NCBI GenBank assembly: GCA_963665845.2
Contig: OY762492.1
Coordinates: 3,467,895 to 3,531,894 of the forward strand
Source: Candidatus Poribacteria bacterium
GTDB lineage: Bacteria > Poribacteria > WGA-4E > GCA-2687025
Direction: 5' to 3'
DNA length: 64,000 nucleotides
The translations under genes and the position numbers were made by a program. The notes below the pieces were generated by a model. It worked only from the letters and a program-made list of their open reading frames with translations, was not told the DNA's origin and ran no database searches. Of this stretch, positions 28,692-39,703 are shown piece by piece; position 1 is the stretch's first letter; each line of letters begins with the position of its first letter.

Positions 28692-28864
28692 AGAGGATGG
28701 GGCATGCTTGGTCAGAGCGTCGGCATTCGCAAGCCTCATGTCAATCTTTTCAATCTTGGAAATCCTAGTTCAGACCACAAACGCGGCGCCTAAGATTCCC
28801 GCGCGTTTTACCTCAAGGGAGGAAACGACTTGCGCCGCCGCCCCGAAACATAGACAATGCGCCT

Positions 28865-29998
28865 ATGTCAAAGGCGCGCAGCGAACGCAAACGGCAGGAT
28901 GAGCAATGGATGGCGCGCGCGCTGGAGCTTGCCCAAAGCGCGGCGCGGCGAACCTCCCCCAACCCGATGGTCGGCGCTGTCGTCGTCCAGAACGGGCGCG
29001 CTGTCGGCGAGGGGTTCCATCGAGGCCCTGGACATCCGCACGCCGAAGCGGAAGCGCTGAAACAGGCGCAGGAAAAAGCCGACGGCGCCGCGCTCTATGT
29101 GAACCTAGAACCATGCGCCCATGAAGGGCGAACGCCGCCATGCGCTGATCAGCTGGTCGAATGCGGCGTCGCGCGCGTCGTCTCCGCCATCGAAGACCCT
29201 GACGAGCGGGTGTCGGGGCGCGGACATGCGCGCCTGCGGGCGGCGGGCATACGGGTTGAAATCGGGCTGATGGCGGAAGAAGCGCGCCGCCTCAACGCCC
29301 CGTACCTAAAATGGAAACGGCGCGGCGTCCCGTTCGTCACGCTCAAAATGGCGATGAGCCTAGACGGCAAAACGGCGACCGGGACAGGCGAATCGAAGTG
29401 GATCACCTCGGAGGCGGCGCGCCTGGACGGCAGGCGTCTGCGCGTCTCGCATGACGCGATACTGATCGGAGTCGGTACCGCCCTCGCGGACGATCCGCAT
29501 CTCACCGCCCGCCTCCCCGACAGCGGCGCCGATCAAGACCCGCTCCGCGTTGTCGCGGACACGCATGCGCGCCTCCCGCCGACCGCGCGCATGTTTCAAA
29601 ACCGCGGCGGTAAAACGATCCTCGCCGTCGGCGAGACGGCTCCTGTCAGCCGCGTCCGCGCGTTGGAGTCGGCGGGGGCGGAGGTATGGCGCCTGCCGCT
29701 TTTGGAGGGGCGCGTCTGCCTTGAGTCGCTGCTTCGGCGCCTGGGCGAAGCGGGCGCGCTGAGCGTTCTGGCGGAGGGCGGCTCCGCGCTGCATGGAAGC
29801 CTCGCGCGCGGTCGGCTGGCGGACAGGGTCGCCGCTTACATCGCCCCGATCATCATCGGCGGAGAAGGGCTGCCGGCGGTCGGGGACGCCCAGCTCAACC
29901 GCCTCTCCGACGCCCTGCGCATACGCGACTGGACAACGACCCGCATCCCGCCGGACATACGCATCGACGGGTATATTGAAGAAGCGGACAGCGAATAG
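28865..29998 (+). CDS. ribD: Bifunctional riboflavin biosynthesis deaminase/reductase
   Basis: Deaminase zinc motif HAEAEAL...PCAHEGRTPPC. Reductase half VTLKMAMSLDGK...GGSALHGSL. Confidence 0.9.
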   Translation: MSKARSERKRQDEQWMARALELAQSAARRTSPNPMVGAVVVQNGRAVGEGFHRGPGHPHAEAEALKQAQEKADGAALYVNLEPCAHEGRTPPCADQLVECGVARVVSAIEDPDERVSGRGHARLRAAGIRVEIGLMAEEARRLNAPYLKWKRRGVPFVTLKMAMSLDGKTATGTGESKWITSEAARLDGRRLRVSHDAILIGVGTALADDPHLTARLPDSGADQDPLRVVADTHARLPPTARMFQNRGGKTILAVGETAPVSRVRALESAGAEVWRLPLLEGRVCLESLLRRLGEAGALSVLAEGGSALHGSLARGRLADRVAAYIAPIIIGGEGLPAVGDAQLNRLSDALRIRDWTTTRIPPDIRIDGYIEEADSE

Positions 29999-30029
29999 CG
30001 CGGTTGACGAACCAGAAAGCGTCCGCGCC

Positions 30030-30270
30030 ACAATTCGTCATTCCCGCGCAAGCGGGAATCCAGAGGCGCCGCTGACGACGTCCGCATTCCCCGAAACCGT
30101 CATCCTACCAAACGTCATTCCCGCGCAAGCGGGAATCCAGAGGCGCCGCAGACGGCATCCGCATTCGACGTCATTCCCGCGCAAGCGGGAATCTTAAGGC
30201 ATCGCCGCCGCTCCCGTCCTTTTAAACCCCCCTAACCCCCCTTTCAAGGGGGAATCCAGAGGCGCCGCAT
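30030..30270. repeat. Array of three ATTCCC-N8-GGGAAT hairpin units plus one C/G-rich hairpin (NIME-like mosaic)
   Basis: ATTCCCGCGCAAGCGGGAAT at 30040-30059, 30117-30136 and 30173-30192. Each has the conserved flanks GTC...CCAGAGGCGCCGC. AAACCCCCCTAACCCCCCTTTCAAGGGGGAATCCAGAGG at about 30224-30262. Confidence 0.85.
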
Positions 30271-30297
30271 TCGCCGAAACCGTCATTCTACCCGCTG

Positions 30298-31434
30298 TCA
30301 TTTCTGCACAGCGTCTATCAGCCTGTTGATTTCCTCTTCGTTGTTAAAAAGCGCCGCGGAGACGCGAATCCCATCAATCTCCTCCACATACCGTACGCGG
30401 ATGCGCTCCTGTTCGTACAGCTCCGCCGCAAGCGTCTCGCCTGAAACGCCCTCGACCGAAAAGGAGGTCATCGCGCATGAATGCTCCCATGCGTCAGGCG
30501 TGTGGAGGCGGACATTCGGCGCCGTTTTCAGCCCCTCTTTCAGCATGCCGGTCAACGCGCGCATACGGCGCCATGCGTTCTCAAAACCGACCTGATCCCA
30601 CCATTCAAACAGCGGCTCAAAGCCCGCATAACGCCCGCAGCCGCGCGTTCCGCATTCAAACCGCCGCGCGGAGCGGTCCAGCGTCAGTCTGTCCGCCGCC
30701 TCGTCGTAAATGCCCGAACCCATGCCCACCTGCGTCGGCGTCAGCGCGTCCATCAGCGCGGGGCGTATGCGCAGATAGCCCGTGCCTTTCGGTCCGAGTA
30801 GCCACTTATGCCCGTTGCCCGCGTAGATGTCCGCTTCCTCCGCCGCCTCCTGTATCGGCATTTGCCCCGCCGCCTGCGCGCCGTCGATGAGCGACAGGAC
30901 GCCGCGCTCTCGACAGCGGCGCGCCATCTCGGCGGCGGGCGCCCGCTTGCCCGTGACGCAGCTGACATGGCTGAACGCCGCGAGGCGCGTTTTAGGGGTA
31001 AAGGCGGCTTCGAGAGCGTCCAGCGTTTCTTCAGGCGTGTTGCCAAAACGAAAACGGCGGACCGACACGGCGTTTTCTCCCGCGGAACGCTGCGCCAAAA
31101 ACGCCCATGGAAACAGCAGCGCCGCATGTTCCTCGTCCGAGATCAGTACCTCTCCGCCGCCGCTCCAGTCAAGCCCATGGGCGGCGGCGTTGATGCCTTC
31201 GGTGGCGTTGCGCGTGAAGGCGACCTCGTCCGCGGAGACGCCCAAAAACGCCGCCAGACGCGCCCGCCCCCGTTCAAGCCGTTCAAGAGAGGCGGTCCAC
31301 TCCACCTCTCCGCCCAGTTCAAACGCGCGGACGGACTCCTCCGTCTTCTCGGCGACCGACAGCGGACACAGCCCCGCCGCGCCTACGTTTAAATACGCGC
31401 ACCGTTCTAACAGCGGAAACTCGCCCCGTATCAC
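30298..31434 (-). CDS. Aminotransferase class V-fold PLP-dependent enzyme (cysteine desulfurase/epimerase-like)
   Basis: 378 aa with class V pattern (TRNATEGIN, SHVSCVTG, GNGHKWLLGPKGTGYL carrying the PLP lysine). GTG start overlapping the upstream stop (GTGA). Confidence 0.75.
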   Translation of the reverse strand: MIRGEFPLLERCAYLNVGAAGLCPLSVAEKTEESVRAFELGGEVEWTASLERLERGRARLAAFLGVSADEVAFTRNATEGINAAAHGLDWSGGGEVLISDEEHAALLFPWAFLAQRSAGENAVSVRRFRFGNTPEETLDALEAAFTPKTRLAAFSHVSCVTGKRAPAAEMARRCRERGVLSLIDGAQAAGQMPIQEAAEEADIYAGNGHKWLLGPKGTGYLRIRPALMDALTPTQVGMGSGIYDEAADRLTLDRSARRFECGTRGCGRYAGFEPLFEWWDQVGFENAWRRMRALTGMLKEGLKTAPNVRLHTPDAWEHSCAMTSFSVEGVSGETLAAELYEQERIRVRYVEEIDGIRVSAALFNNEEEINRLIDAVQK

Positions 31435-32240
31435 AACGCCACAATACGGCGCATGCGCCGCGCCGTTTCGATATGGTCGTCCCGCGATCCGCCCACCTCA
31501 TGGATAACAGGCGCGGAATACCCTGCGGCGCGCAGCTCCGCCATGACGCCCGCCCAGTCGGTGTCGCCGTCCATGAGGCGGGTCCAGGCGTGCGGTCCGC
31601 GCTTGAAGTCCTTGAAATGAACCCGCTTGATGCGCGTCCCAAGCGCCCGTATCCACTGCTCCGTATAGCCGTATGCCATCATGTTGGCGGTGTCCAGATA
31701 GGCGCCGATCCATTCGCTGCCGACCTGGTCGATGAGTTGGCGCATTTCGCGCGGGCTGAGCAGAAACTTGTTCCACACGTTTTCAACGCCGACGGCGCAT
31801 TGCCGCTTTTCCGCGATGGGAGCCAGCTCCTTGAGGCTGCCGCAGAGCGCGTTCCAAGCGTCGTCGTAGGTTCCTTCTTGGGGGAGGGCGCCGGGGTGAA
31901 GCAGCGTCGCGCCGGCGCCGAGAGCCTCCGCGATTTCGCATGACCTCTGGACGCGCAGAATGCCGTGTTCGCGCTGGTCGGGGTCGGTTGAAAGCAGGTT
32001 TCCGCCGCCCCCTTTCGGCGAGGCGGAGATGACGCTGGCGATCTCAACGCCGGCGTCGGCGCACCGCCGGGCAACGTCCGCCAGTTCGCTGTCGGTCATG
32101 TTCGGATGGAGGTCTTTGCCGTCGCGGAAAGTCAGCTCGACCGCTTCGTACCCCGCTTCTTCGCACAGGTTGAGCGTTTCGTCCAGGGTGGCGGCGCCGA
32201 GTATGATCTGTGTGATGCCGATTTTATTCGTTGTTGTCAT
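31431..32240 (-). CDS. Sugar phosphate isomerase/epimerase (xylose isomerase-like TIM barrel)
   Basis: 269 aa. GYEAVELTF, LLHPG, VGVENVWN and YLDTANM motifs. AAGGAG RBS followed by ATG. Confidence 0.7.
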   Translation of the reverse strand: MTTTNKIGITQIILGAATLDETLNLCEEAGYEAVELTFRDGKDLHPNMTDSELADVARRCADAGVEIASVISASPKGGGGNLLSTDPDQREHGILRVQRSCEIAEALGAGATLLHPGALPQEGTYDDAWNALCGSLKELAPIAEKRQCAVGVENVWNKFLLSPREMRQLIDQVGSEWIGAYLDTANMMAYGYTEQWIRALGTRIKRVHFKDFKRGPHAWTRLMDGDTDWAGVMAELRAAGYSAPVIHEVGGSRDDHIETARRMRRIVAL

Positions 32241-32434
32241 GGCGGCTCCTTTTTCTTGGATTAAATGTAAGCCGATCGGGCGCGCAGGTCAAGCGCCCAT
32301 GGTTATCGTCATGACGCGGCGGAGATTTGTTGCGCTCAAAATATTGCGGCGCGGCAAAGCCTATGCTATGGTTTCGGACGTTGGCAGCAAGCGTTCAGGT
32401 ACTCGGCGGAAACACCGCCAGAGAGGCGTTGACG

Positions 32435-33532
32435 ATGCGATTCACTGCGGCTTTCCAGACAGCCGTTTTGGCCGTCGCGCTGCTGTCGGCTTATTCCGCG
32501 GCGGCGCAGCTGCCGTCGCCCAAAGAGAATGTGCTGCGGCTTGAGAGGCCGACGATCGTTTACAAAGCCAACGAGGCATACGAGCTGCGCCTCATCGACT
32601 GGGACGGACAGAACGACAGGTTGTGGATGACCGACTCGCGCAAGCGAATGCGCTTTCTAGCAGGCGTCGAATGGTCGCCGGACGGCAGGCGCGCGGCCAT
32701 TGCCGGATTTTACGGAGGAGGAAATTACGCGGTCAATGTTCTCAACCTGTCCACAAACCAAGTCGATATTGTGACGAAGCCTTTTGAAGGCAAGATCGTC
32801 CTCAACTCCCCTGCATGGTCTAGAGACGGCCGTTCGCTGCTTCTTGCAGGCTTTCCGTTGCCTCCAGGAGGTTTCTGGTCAGATATTTACAAGCTGGATC
32901 TATCGTCGGGGCGTCTGAAAAATCTGACAAACGCGCGCGACAACCTCAATCAATTTCCTTCATGGTCGCCTGTTGAGGATAAGATTTTGTTTCGCTCGAA
33001 GATCCCTGGTGAGGACAACCATGACATCTATGTGATGAACGCGGACGGCAGCGGCGCCGTTCGCTTCGTTGATCCGAGTTATGAGAATGCTCCCGCATGG
33101 TCTCCCGATGGCAAGCGGATCGCGTGGTCGTCCACCCGCGGCTCCAAATTTCCCGACTACAACATCTTTGTGATGAACGCGGACGGTTCGAACAAGGAGC
33201 CGCTGACAACCAGCCCGAACTATGATTACGCTCCGAGGTGGTCGCCGTGCGGAAAATGGCTCGTCTATTGTTCAAGAGAATGGGTTGACGGCGCCGTATG
33301 GAATGTGTACCGCGTTCATGTGGAGACAAAGGAGGTTGTTCAGCTGACGGTCAATGGGGGGCGCGACCCGCGGTGGGTCTTGGCGGGCAAGAGCCGCTTC
33401 CTCTCTGTCGACCCAGCGGATAAAAAAAAGGCGCCATGGGGCAAGATAAAAGAAGCGGAGGCTCAAGATTCCCGCGCGCTTTACCGCAAGGGCGGGAATG
33501 ACGGTCTGGCTTGCGAAGCCTTTTTTCCATGA
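32435..33532 (+). CDS. Secreted TolB-like PD40 beta-propeller protein
   Basis: ATG at 32435 after GAGAGG. Signal peptide MRFTAAFQTAVLAVALLSAYSAAAQ. Repeated PD40 motifs (WSPDGRRAA, PAWSRDGRSL, PSWSPVEDKI, DIYVMNADGSG, PAWSPDGKRIA, NIFVMNADGSN, PRWSPCGKWL). The last ~25 codons and the stop lie inside a MITE fragment. Confidence 0.8.
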   Translation: MRFTAAFQTAVLAVALLSAYSAAAQLPSPKENVLRLERPTIVYKANEAYELRLIDWDGQNDRLWMTDSRKRMRFLAGVEWSPDGRRAAIAGFYGGGNYAVNVLNLSTNQVDIVTKPFEGKIVLNSPAWSRDGRSLLLAGFPLPPGGFWSDIYKLDLSSGRLKNLTNARDNLNQFPSWSPVEDKILFRSKIPGEDNHDIYVMNADGSGAVRFVDPSYENAPAWSPDGKRIAWSSTRGSKFPDYNIFVMNADGSNKEPLTTSPNYDYAPRWSPCGKWLVYCSREWVDGAVWNVYRVHVETKEVVQLTVNGGRDPRWVLAGKSRFLSVDPADKKKAPWGKIKEAEAQDSRALYRKGGNDGLACEAFFP

Positions 33533-33570
33533 ATAAAGGCTTTGTTCGATCAATGCCCCCACTTTCTGCC
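33468..33570 (-). repeat. Partial type II MITE (internal half plus long-loop hairpin variant) overlapping the 3' end of the PD40 gene
   Basis: AGATTCCCGCGCGCTTTACCGCAAGGGCGGGAATGACGGTCTGGCTTGCGAAGCCTTTTTTCCATGAATAAAGGCTTTGTTCGATC matches the reverse complement of the interior of the copies at 52372 and 44889. Confidence 0.65.
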
Positions 33571-33664
33571 TAGTTCAGACAAACCCTGTATGCGCGAACA
33601 TACGCAATTTCGCGTTACGAACGCTGCGGGCGCAAGCCTAGACCGCCTGCGCCCGCAGCGTAGA

Positions 33665-35899
33665 TCAACCGCGAAGGATGTATTCTTTCCCCGCCTCCGT
33701 CTCAATTGCGACGAGTCCGTCCTCGTCCGCCGGCGCTGCGGCGCCGTTCACTTCCAGCGGTGACGCCGAACGAACGCGGCATGCGTTGCCGAGAATGGAC
33801 AGAAGGCGCGCCTCCTTCAGCCCGCCGTTTTCCCACTCGATATCGACCTCAAAACCGCCGCGCGCCCGCAGACCCTTCACCCACCCGCTTTGCCAGGCAG
33901 ACGGCAGCGCCGGCAGCAGCGCGATCTCGCCCGCGTGGCTCTGAAGCAGCATCTCCACAACGCCCGACGCGCCGCCGAAGTTGCCGTCGATCTGAAACGG
34001 CGGATGCGCGTCAAACATGTTTGGATAGGTGCCGGTCGCAATGAGGCTCTCCAGCATGAGATATGCATGGTCGCCGTCCTCAAACCGCGCCCAGAAGTTC
34101 ACTTTCCACGCCTTGCTCCAGCCGGTGCCGCCGTCCCCGCGTATGAGCAGCGACTGCTTCGCCGCGTCGCACATGTCGGGCGTTCCGCGCGGCGCGATCT
34201 CGCTGCCCGGATGCAGCCCCCACAGGTGCGACACATGGCGGTGCCGTTCGTTCGGGTTGTCCTTGTCCTCAAGCCACTCTTGAAGCTGCCCCAGCCGTCC
34301 GATCTGGTTCGGCGCGATGCGCTCATGCATCTCCTGGAGCCGCGCGCGGAAGTCGGCGTCCACATCCAGGATCGCGCTCGCCTTCGCGCACGAGTCGAAC
34401 AGGGCGCGGATGATCTGATGATCCATCGTCGGGCCGGCGACCAGCCCGCCCAGCTCGGGCGAGTTGGACGGCGTACTGATGAGCCAGCCTGTCTTCGGGT
34501 CTTCGATGAGAAAATCGACAAAAAACTGCGCCGCGCCTTTCATGAGCGGATAGGCGCGTTCCGCCAAGAACGCCTTGTCTTCGGTGAACAGATACCGCTC
34601 CCAAAGATGCTGGCACAGCCACGCGCCGCCCGTAACCCAGATGCCATGGTTGGAGGCGTTGATCGGCGCGGCGCCGCGCCACATGTCGGTGTTGTGATGG
34701 AGAACCCATCCGCGGCAGCCGTAATGTTTCTGCGCCGTTCGGACGCCCGTTTGCGCGACATCGGCGATCATGTCGAACAGCGGCTCGTGGCATTCGGACA
34801 GGTTTGCCGCTTCCGCCGGCCAGTAGTTCATTTCGATGTTGATGTTGACCGTATACTTGCTGCCCCAGGGCGGATTCTGGCTCTCGTTCCAGATGCCTTG
34901 CAGGTTGAGCGTCTGCGTTCCAGGGCGCGAGCCGCTGATCATGAGATAACGCCCGAATTGAAAGTACGCCGCCGCCAATTCAGGATCGTTGTTGTCGGCG
35001 AACGCTTTGATGCGTACGTCGGTCGGCCGGTCAGGGTCGTCCGAGTCGCCGAGGTGAATCTGAACGCGGTTGAACAGCGCCTGATAATCGTCGATATGCT
35101 CTTTTTTGGCGGAATCGTAGTCGGTCTCAAGGGCGAGGGCGGCGCGTTCGGCGCACAGCGCGGCTGGGTCGGCGTCGGCGGTTTGGAAGTCGCGCGCGCT
35201 GGACGCTCCCGTCAAAATGAGCGTCGCCGACTCCGCTTCTTCGACCTGTATATGCGCGGTTCCGTCCGCGATGCTGACGCTTCCGCCTTCTGTCTGAATG
35301 TGAAGCCGCGCCTCAAACTGCGTGACCCCGCGCTCCACCTTGCCGCGCATGACCAGCGCCTCGTCCGACAGCGGTTCCGTTTCAAACCCGCTGTGGGGCG
35401 ACACCAGACGCGCCGCGAAGGAGATGGGCTTTCCTCCCCCCTGAATGCGAAGAAAAATCGCTTGGCGCGGCGCGCTCGCAAACATCTCCCGCGTCCATTC
35501 GATGCCGTTTTCGTCTGTGTATTGAACGGAGGCGATCGCGCTGCCGATGTCCAGCTCGCGCCTGTAGTTTTGAAACTCGCCGCCGCCTTCAAATTCTAGG
35601 AGCAGGTCGCCGAACGGCTGGTACGATTCTTGCCCCAGCGGTATGCTCATGAATTCGCGCGCGGCAAGCTCTTCCGCTTCACGCTGTTTGCCGTCGAACA
35701 GCAGCCGGCGTATCTCGCCGAGATGCTGCGCGGCTCCTTCATGGGCGTAATCGTGCGGTTGCCCCGACCAGATCGTGTCCTCGTTGAATTGTATGCGTTC
35801 CGCGTCCGTTTTGCCGAAGATCATGGCTCCGAAGCGCCCGTTTCCGATCGGATGCGCTTCGACCCACTGCTCAGCCGGCTTGTCATGGTAAAGTTTCAT
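33665..35899 (-). CDS. Glycoside hydrolase family 95 (alpha-L-fucosidase-like)
   Basis: 744 aa. The N-terminus [39 protein letters not shown] is the GH95 N-terminal signature. The size and the catalytic-domain blocks ([19 protein letters not shown]) fit. Confidence 0.85.
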   Translation of the reverse strand: MKLYHDKPAEQWVEAHPIGNGRFGAMIFGKTDAERIQFNEDTIWSGQPHDYAHEGAAQHLGEIRRLLFDGKQREAEELAAREFMSIPLGQESYQPFGDLLLEFEGGGEFQNYRRELDIGSAIASVQYTDENGIEWTREMFASAPRQAIFLRIQGGGKPISFAARLVSPHSGFETEPLSDEALVMRGKVERGVTQFEARLHIQTEGGSVSIADGTAHIQVEEAESATLILTGASSARDFQTADADPAALCAERAALALETDYDSAKKEHIDDYQALFNRVQIHLGDSDDPDRPTDVRIKAFADNNDPELAAAYFQFGRYLMISGSRPGTQTLNLQGIWNESQNPPWGSKYTVNINIEMNYWPAEAANLSECHEPLFDMIADVAQTGVRTAQKHYGCRGWVLHHNTDMWRGAAPINASNHGIWVTGGAWLCQHLWERYLFTEDKAFLAERAYPLMKGAAQFFVDFLIEDPKTGWLISTPSNSPELGGLVAGPTMDHQIIRALFDSCAKASAILDVDADFRARLQEMHERIAPNQIGRLGQLQEWLEDKDNPNERHRHVSHLWGLHPGSEIAPRGTPDMCDAAKQSLLIRGDGGTGWSKAWKVNFWARFEDGDHAYLMLESLIATGTYPNMFDAHPPFQIDGNFGGASGVVEMLLQSHAGEIALLPALPSAWQSGWVKGLRARGGFEVDIEWENGGLKEARLLSILGNACRVRSASPLEVNGAAAPADEDGLVAIETEAGKEYILRG

Positions 35900-35973
35900 C
35901 GGCGCCCCGTTCTGTTGTTTTGTCCATGTTATACCATGCCTGCGCCCGCCCGTCTTTATTCTCTTCCGCCGGG

Positions 35974-36120
35974 CAGTTTCTATAGGCGATGATGTACGAA
36001 AATCCTGTTTGTGTCGCGCTACTCGTCATTCTACGCGCGGCTAAAATCCCCCCAGCCCCCTTTTCAAGGGGGGAGTCTAGAAATCCCGCGCCCTACCCGT
36101 TGTCATCGGACGGCCGTCAT
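35974..36120. repeat. Left part of a chimeric mosaic element (IS1-type IR, C/G hairpin, first 6 nt of the ATTCCC hairpin unit) interrupted by IS110
   Basis: GGCAGTTTCTATAGGCGATGATG at 35974-. CCCCCCAGCCCCCTTTTCAAGGGGGGAG at about 36041-36082. It ends in ...GGCCGTCATT at 36120, colinear with the reverse complement of the MITE at 3842-4083. Confidence 0.7.
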
Positions 36121-37664
<1,544 letters not shown>

Positions 37665-37749
37665 CCCGTGTAAGCGGGAATCCAGAGGCATCGGGGATGA
37701 CGTCCGCGTTCCCATGCCGACATGTCCCAACTTAAGACGTAAGGTCAGG
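37665..37749. repeat. Right part of the interrupted mosaic element (hairpin remainder plus type II TIR)
   Basis: CCCGTGTAAGCGGGAATCCAGAGGCATCGGGGATGACGTCCGCGTTCCCATGCCGACATGTCCCAACTTAAGACGTAAGGTCAG. Confidence 0.75.
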
Positions 37750-37767
37750 AACGATCCGCAGACGAAC

Positions 37768-39564
37768 TTACCAAGCCGATGTGCTATCGTTGCGAAACTT
37801 CAGAGGGTGAACGTCTCTCGGATGACCTATTTTCTGTTTTGTCACCTGATAAGGCTCCCATGTGAATAGGTTCCCGTACGACATGGCAATATCCTGCGCG
37901 AGCCGAATCTCTTCCTCGGTCGCGCCGCCGTCCGTCAGAGCCGCCTGCCATTCCTTGACCGCAATCAGCTGGTCGAAAGCTCCCTCCGCCCTCTCTTCTC
38001 TGCCGAGCCGAACCAGATCATAATAGATATGTTCAATGTCCATAGCGATGGACATGCTCTCGGCGATTTTATGTACCGCAATCTCATAGACCGCCGTCTC
38101 CACATCCATGCTCGACTCTTCGCCTTCCATGAAGATCGGAATGCGGTATTTCTCATCCACAAACGACCAGTAATCCGGCTTCGGAACGGCGCGGCGCTCA
38201 TCTTGGGCAGCGAGGACCGCCTCTGCCGCGGCAATCTTTTCAGCGTCGTCGGCGTTCTCGTCCACTAAAACCGTCTGCCAATTTTGGACTGCATCCCGCC
38301 ATTTAAGAACAGGCTCCGATTCAAAGACAGCGATGTTAGCGGGCAGCGCTCTGAACGCTTTTCGGAATCCCTCGGCGCTTTTGTACGGCTCATAGCTGAG
38401 GATATTGCTATAGGGGCGCATGTCGAACCGCCTCCACACCGCGACGCCCGCCCGCGCCGCTTCAAGCGCGGCTGTAGCGGGGTCTAGACGCCAGTCCGCT
38501 TCGCGCTTGTTTTTGCTCATCCCAATGAAAGCGGGCGGAGACGGCAGCCATGCTGGGTTCAGCGCCTCAATGCATGCGTTTGCAAACGCCTCATACGCCG
38601 CGTAACGCGCTTTCCAAACGGACGCTTGAAATGGGCGCAGTTCTCCTCCTCCGCTCCTGAGAAATTCCGCGTATGCGTCTTCCGCTTCAAGCCTTTTTTC
38701 AGCGGCTATGAGCCACGTTTGAACGGCGGCGCGCGCCGCTTCATGGCGGGCGGTACGTTCAGGCGTCCATTCTGAAAGGTCGGCGGGTCTGGCAAGCTTC
38801 TGGGAAATCTTCTTCGCCCGATAGACAGCCTGCCAGGCTCTCATGACGCCTTCCTCCGCGTTCGGAAACTCCGGCGGAGACAGCTTTCCTCTCACGGTAA
38901 CAAGCTCTTTGACGAACGCCGCGCAGGACTGTATCTTGTCTCGCTTTGCCGTTGACAAAGGTACGCCGCTCTTGAGCGCGCCCAGCCATGCTTGTTCAAT
39001 CGCCGTCTTCTTTTCAAACATGCGCAGCGACGCCGCATGATTCTTCACGAGATCGCGATGGTCGCCCAGCCGATCGTCTGTCCCCCGCAAATAGTCCAGC
39101 AGGAATTGATCCCGTTTCAAACGCTCCTCGGCGCAGTGGATATACAAGCCCCGTATGCCGTCGGCGGCAAGCGCCTCATTGACAGCAGTTTTTTGAGGCA
39201 TGATTAAAATGGGCGGACCATGCATATCGTCTGGCGTCGGATCGCGAAAATAGGCGACGCCGCCGTTTGCGGCAATGAGACGCTCTATGTCGTCCGTGTT
39301 CTGAATCGAATGGCCGATCAGGTCCGTAATGACCGCTATATCCGCTACGACGCCGAGACCTGGGATGGATCGGATATACCCTTTCCGGTAGTTGAGCGCG
39401 ACTTCTCTAGAGCCGAAACTTACCTGACCTCGGCGCAAACGGCGATCCTCCGCCTCCATGCTTGCGGCAGCTGCATGCTCAGTCGCGGGAGGGGGCTGCT
39501 GCGTATAACATCCCGCTATCGCCAAGAGAGCCGAAGCAATGAGCGCGTTCAACAAGCGCGGCAT
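37768..39564 (-). CDS. Hypothetical lipoprotein (about 598 aa) between two IS elements
   Basis: ATG 39564 preceded by GAGG. The lipobox is MPRLLNALIASALLAIAGC. The protein is largely helical and I recognise no family motif. Confidence 0.6.
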   Translation of the reverse strand: MPRLLNALIASALLAIAGCYTQQPPPATEHAAAASMEAEDRRLRRGQVSFGSREVALNYRKGYIRSIPGLGVVADIAVITDLIGHSIQNTDDIERLIAANGGVAYFRDPTPDDMHGPPILIMPQKTAVNEALAADGIRGLYIHCAEERLKRDQFLLDYLRGTDDRLGDHRDLVKNHAASLRMFEKKTAIEQAWLGALKSGVPLSTAKRDKIQSCAAFVKELVTVRGKLSPPEFPNAEEGVMRAWQAVYRAKKISQKLARPADLSEWTPERTARHEAARAAVQTWLIAAEKRLEAEDAYAEFLRSGGGELRPFQASVWKARYAAYEAFANACIEALNPAWLPSPPAFIGMSKNKREADWRLDPATAALEAARAGVAVWRRFDMRPYSNILSYEPYKSAEGFRKAFRALPANIAVFESEPVLKWRDAVQNWQTVLVDENADDAEKIAAAEAVLAAQDERRAVPKPDYWSFVDEKYRIPIFMEGEESSMDVETAVYEIAVHKIAESMSIAMDIEHIYYDLVRLGREERAEGAFDQLIAVKEWQAALTDGGATEEEIRLAQDIAMSYGNLFTWEPYQVTKQKIGHPRDVHPLKFRNDSTSAW

Positions 39565-39703
39565 CTTTCCTAACCTCAAAGGCGCGGGGCAGGCGGTAAA
39601 AACGTTCCAAGAGGAGCCACATCACTATGCCCTTTGTTACATGTTCATCCAACAAACGCATTATGGCATAGGCATTTGAGAAACGCAACCTTCTTCACGG
39701 CAG

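Noticed and set aside
28692-28864. Looked for an FMN (RFN) riboswitch upstream of ribD.
   Set aside because: The gap is only about 170 nt, is partly occupied by a hairpin-repeat fragment, and lacks the conserved RFN core segments I can recall. An Rfam scan would be definitive.
30040-30192. Three evenly sized palindromic repeats separated by about 35-55 nt could be read as a mini CRISPR array.
   Set aside because: The supposed spacers share conserved flanks (CCAGAGGCGCCGC...TCCGCATTC). The same unit occurs singly all over the window and inside MITEs, and there are no cas genes. It is a REP/NIME-type mosaic, not CRISPR.
29793-30197. ORFs in intergenic repeats that encode recurring peptides (RHSRASGNPE, VIPAQAGIQ, SFPRKRES). 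Examples lie at 9816-10031, 29793-30197, 52176-52463 and 44546-44818.
   Set aside because: The recurring peptides are translations of the ATTCCC-N8-GGGAAT hairpin unit in different frames. They have no starts with an RBS, and their boundaries follow the repeat units.
33890-35599. A 569-aa plus-strand ORF opposite the GH95 gene. Similar long antisense ORFs lie at 42563-44314, 53471-54523, 58891-59892, 62815-63684, 41096-42274 and 7235-7843.
   Set aside because: All lie antisense to genes with strong family signatures and have Arg-rich shadow-ORF composition. They were judged to be non-coding.
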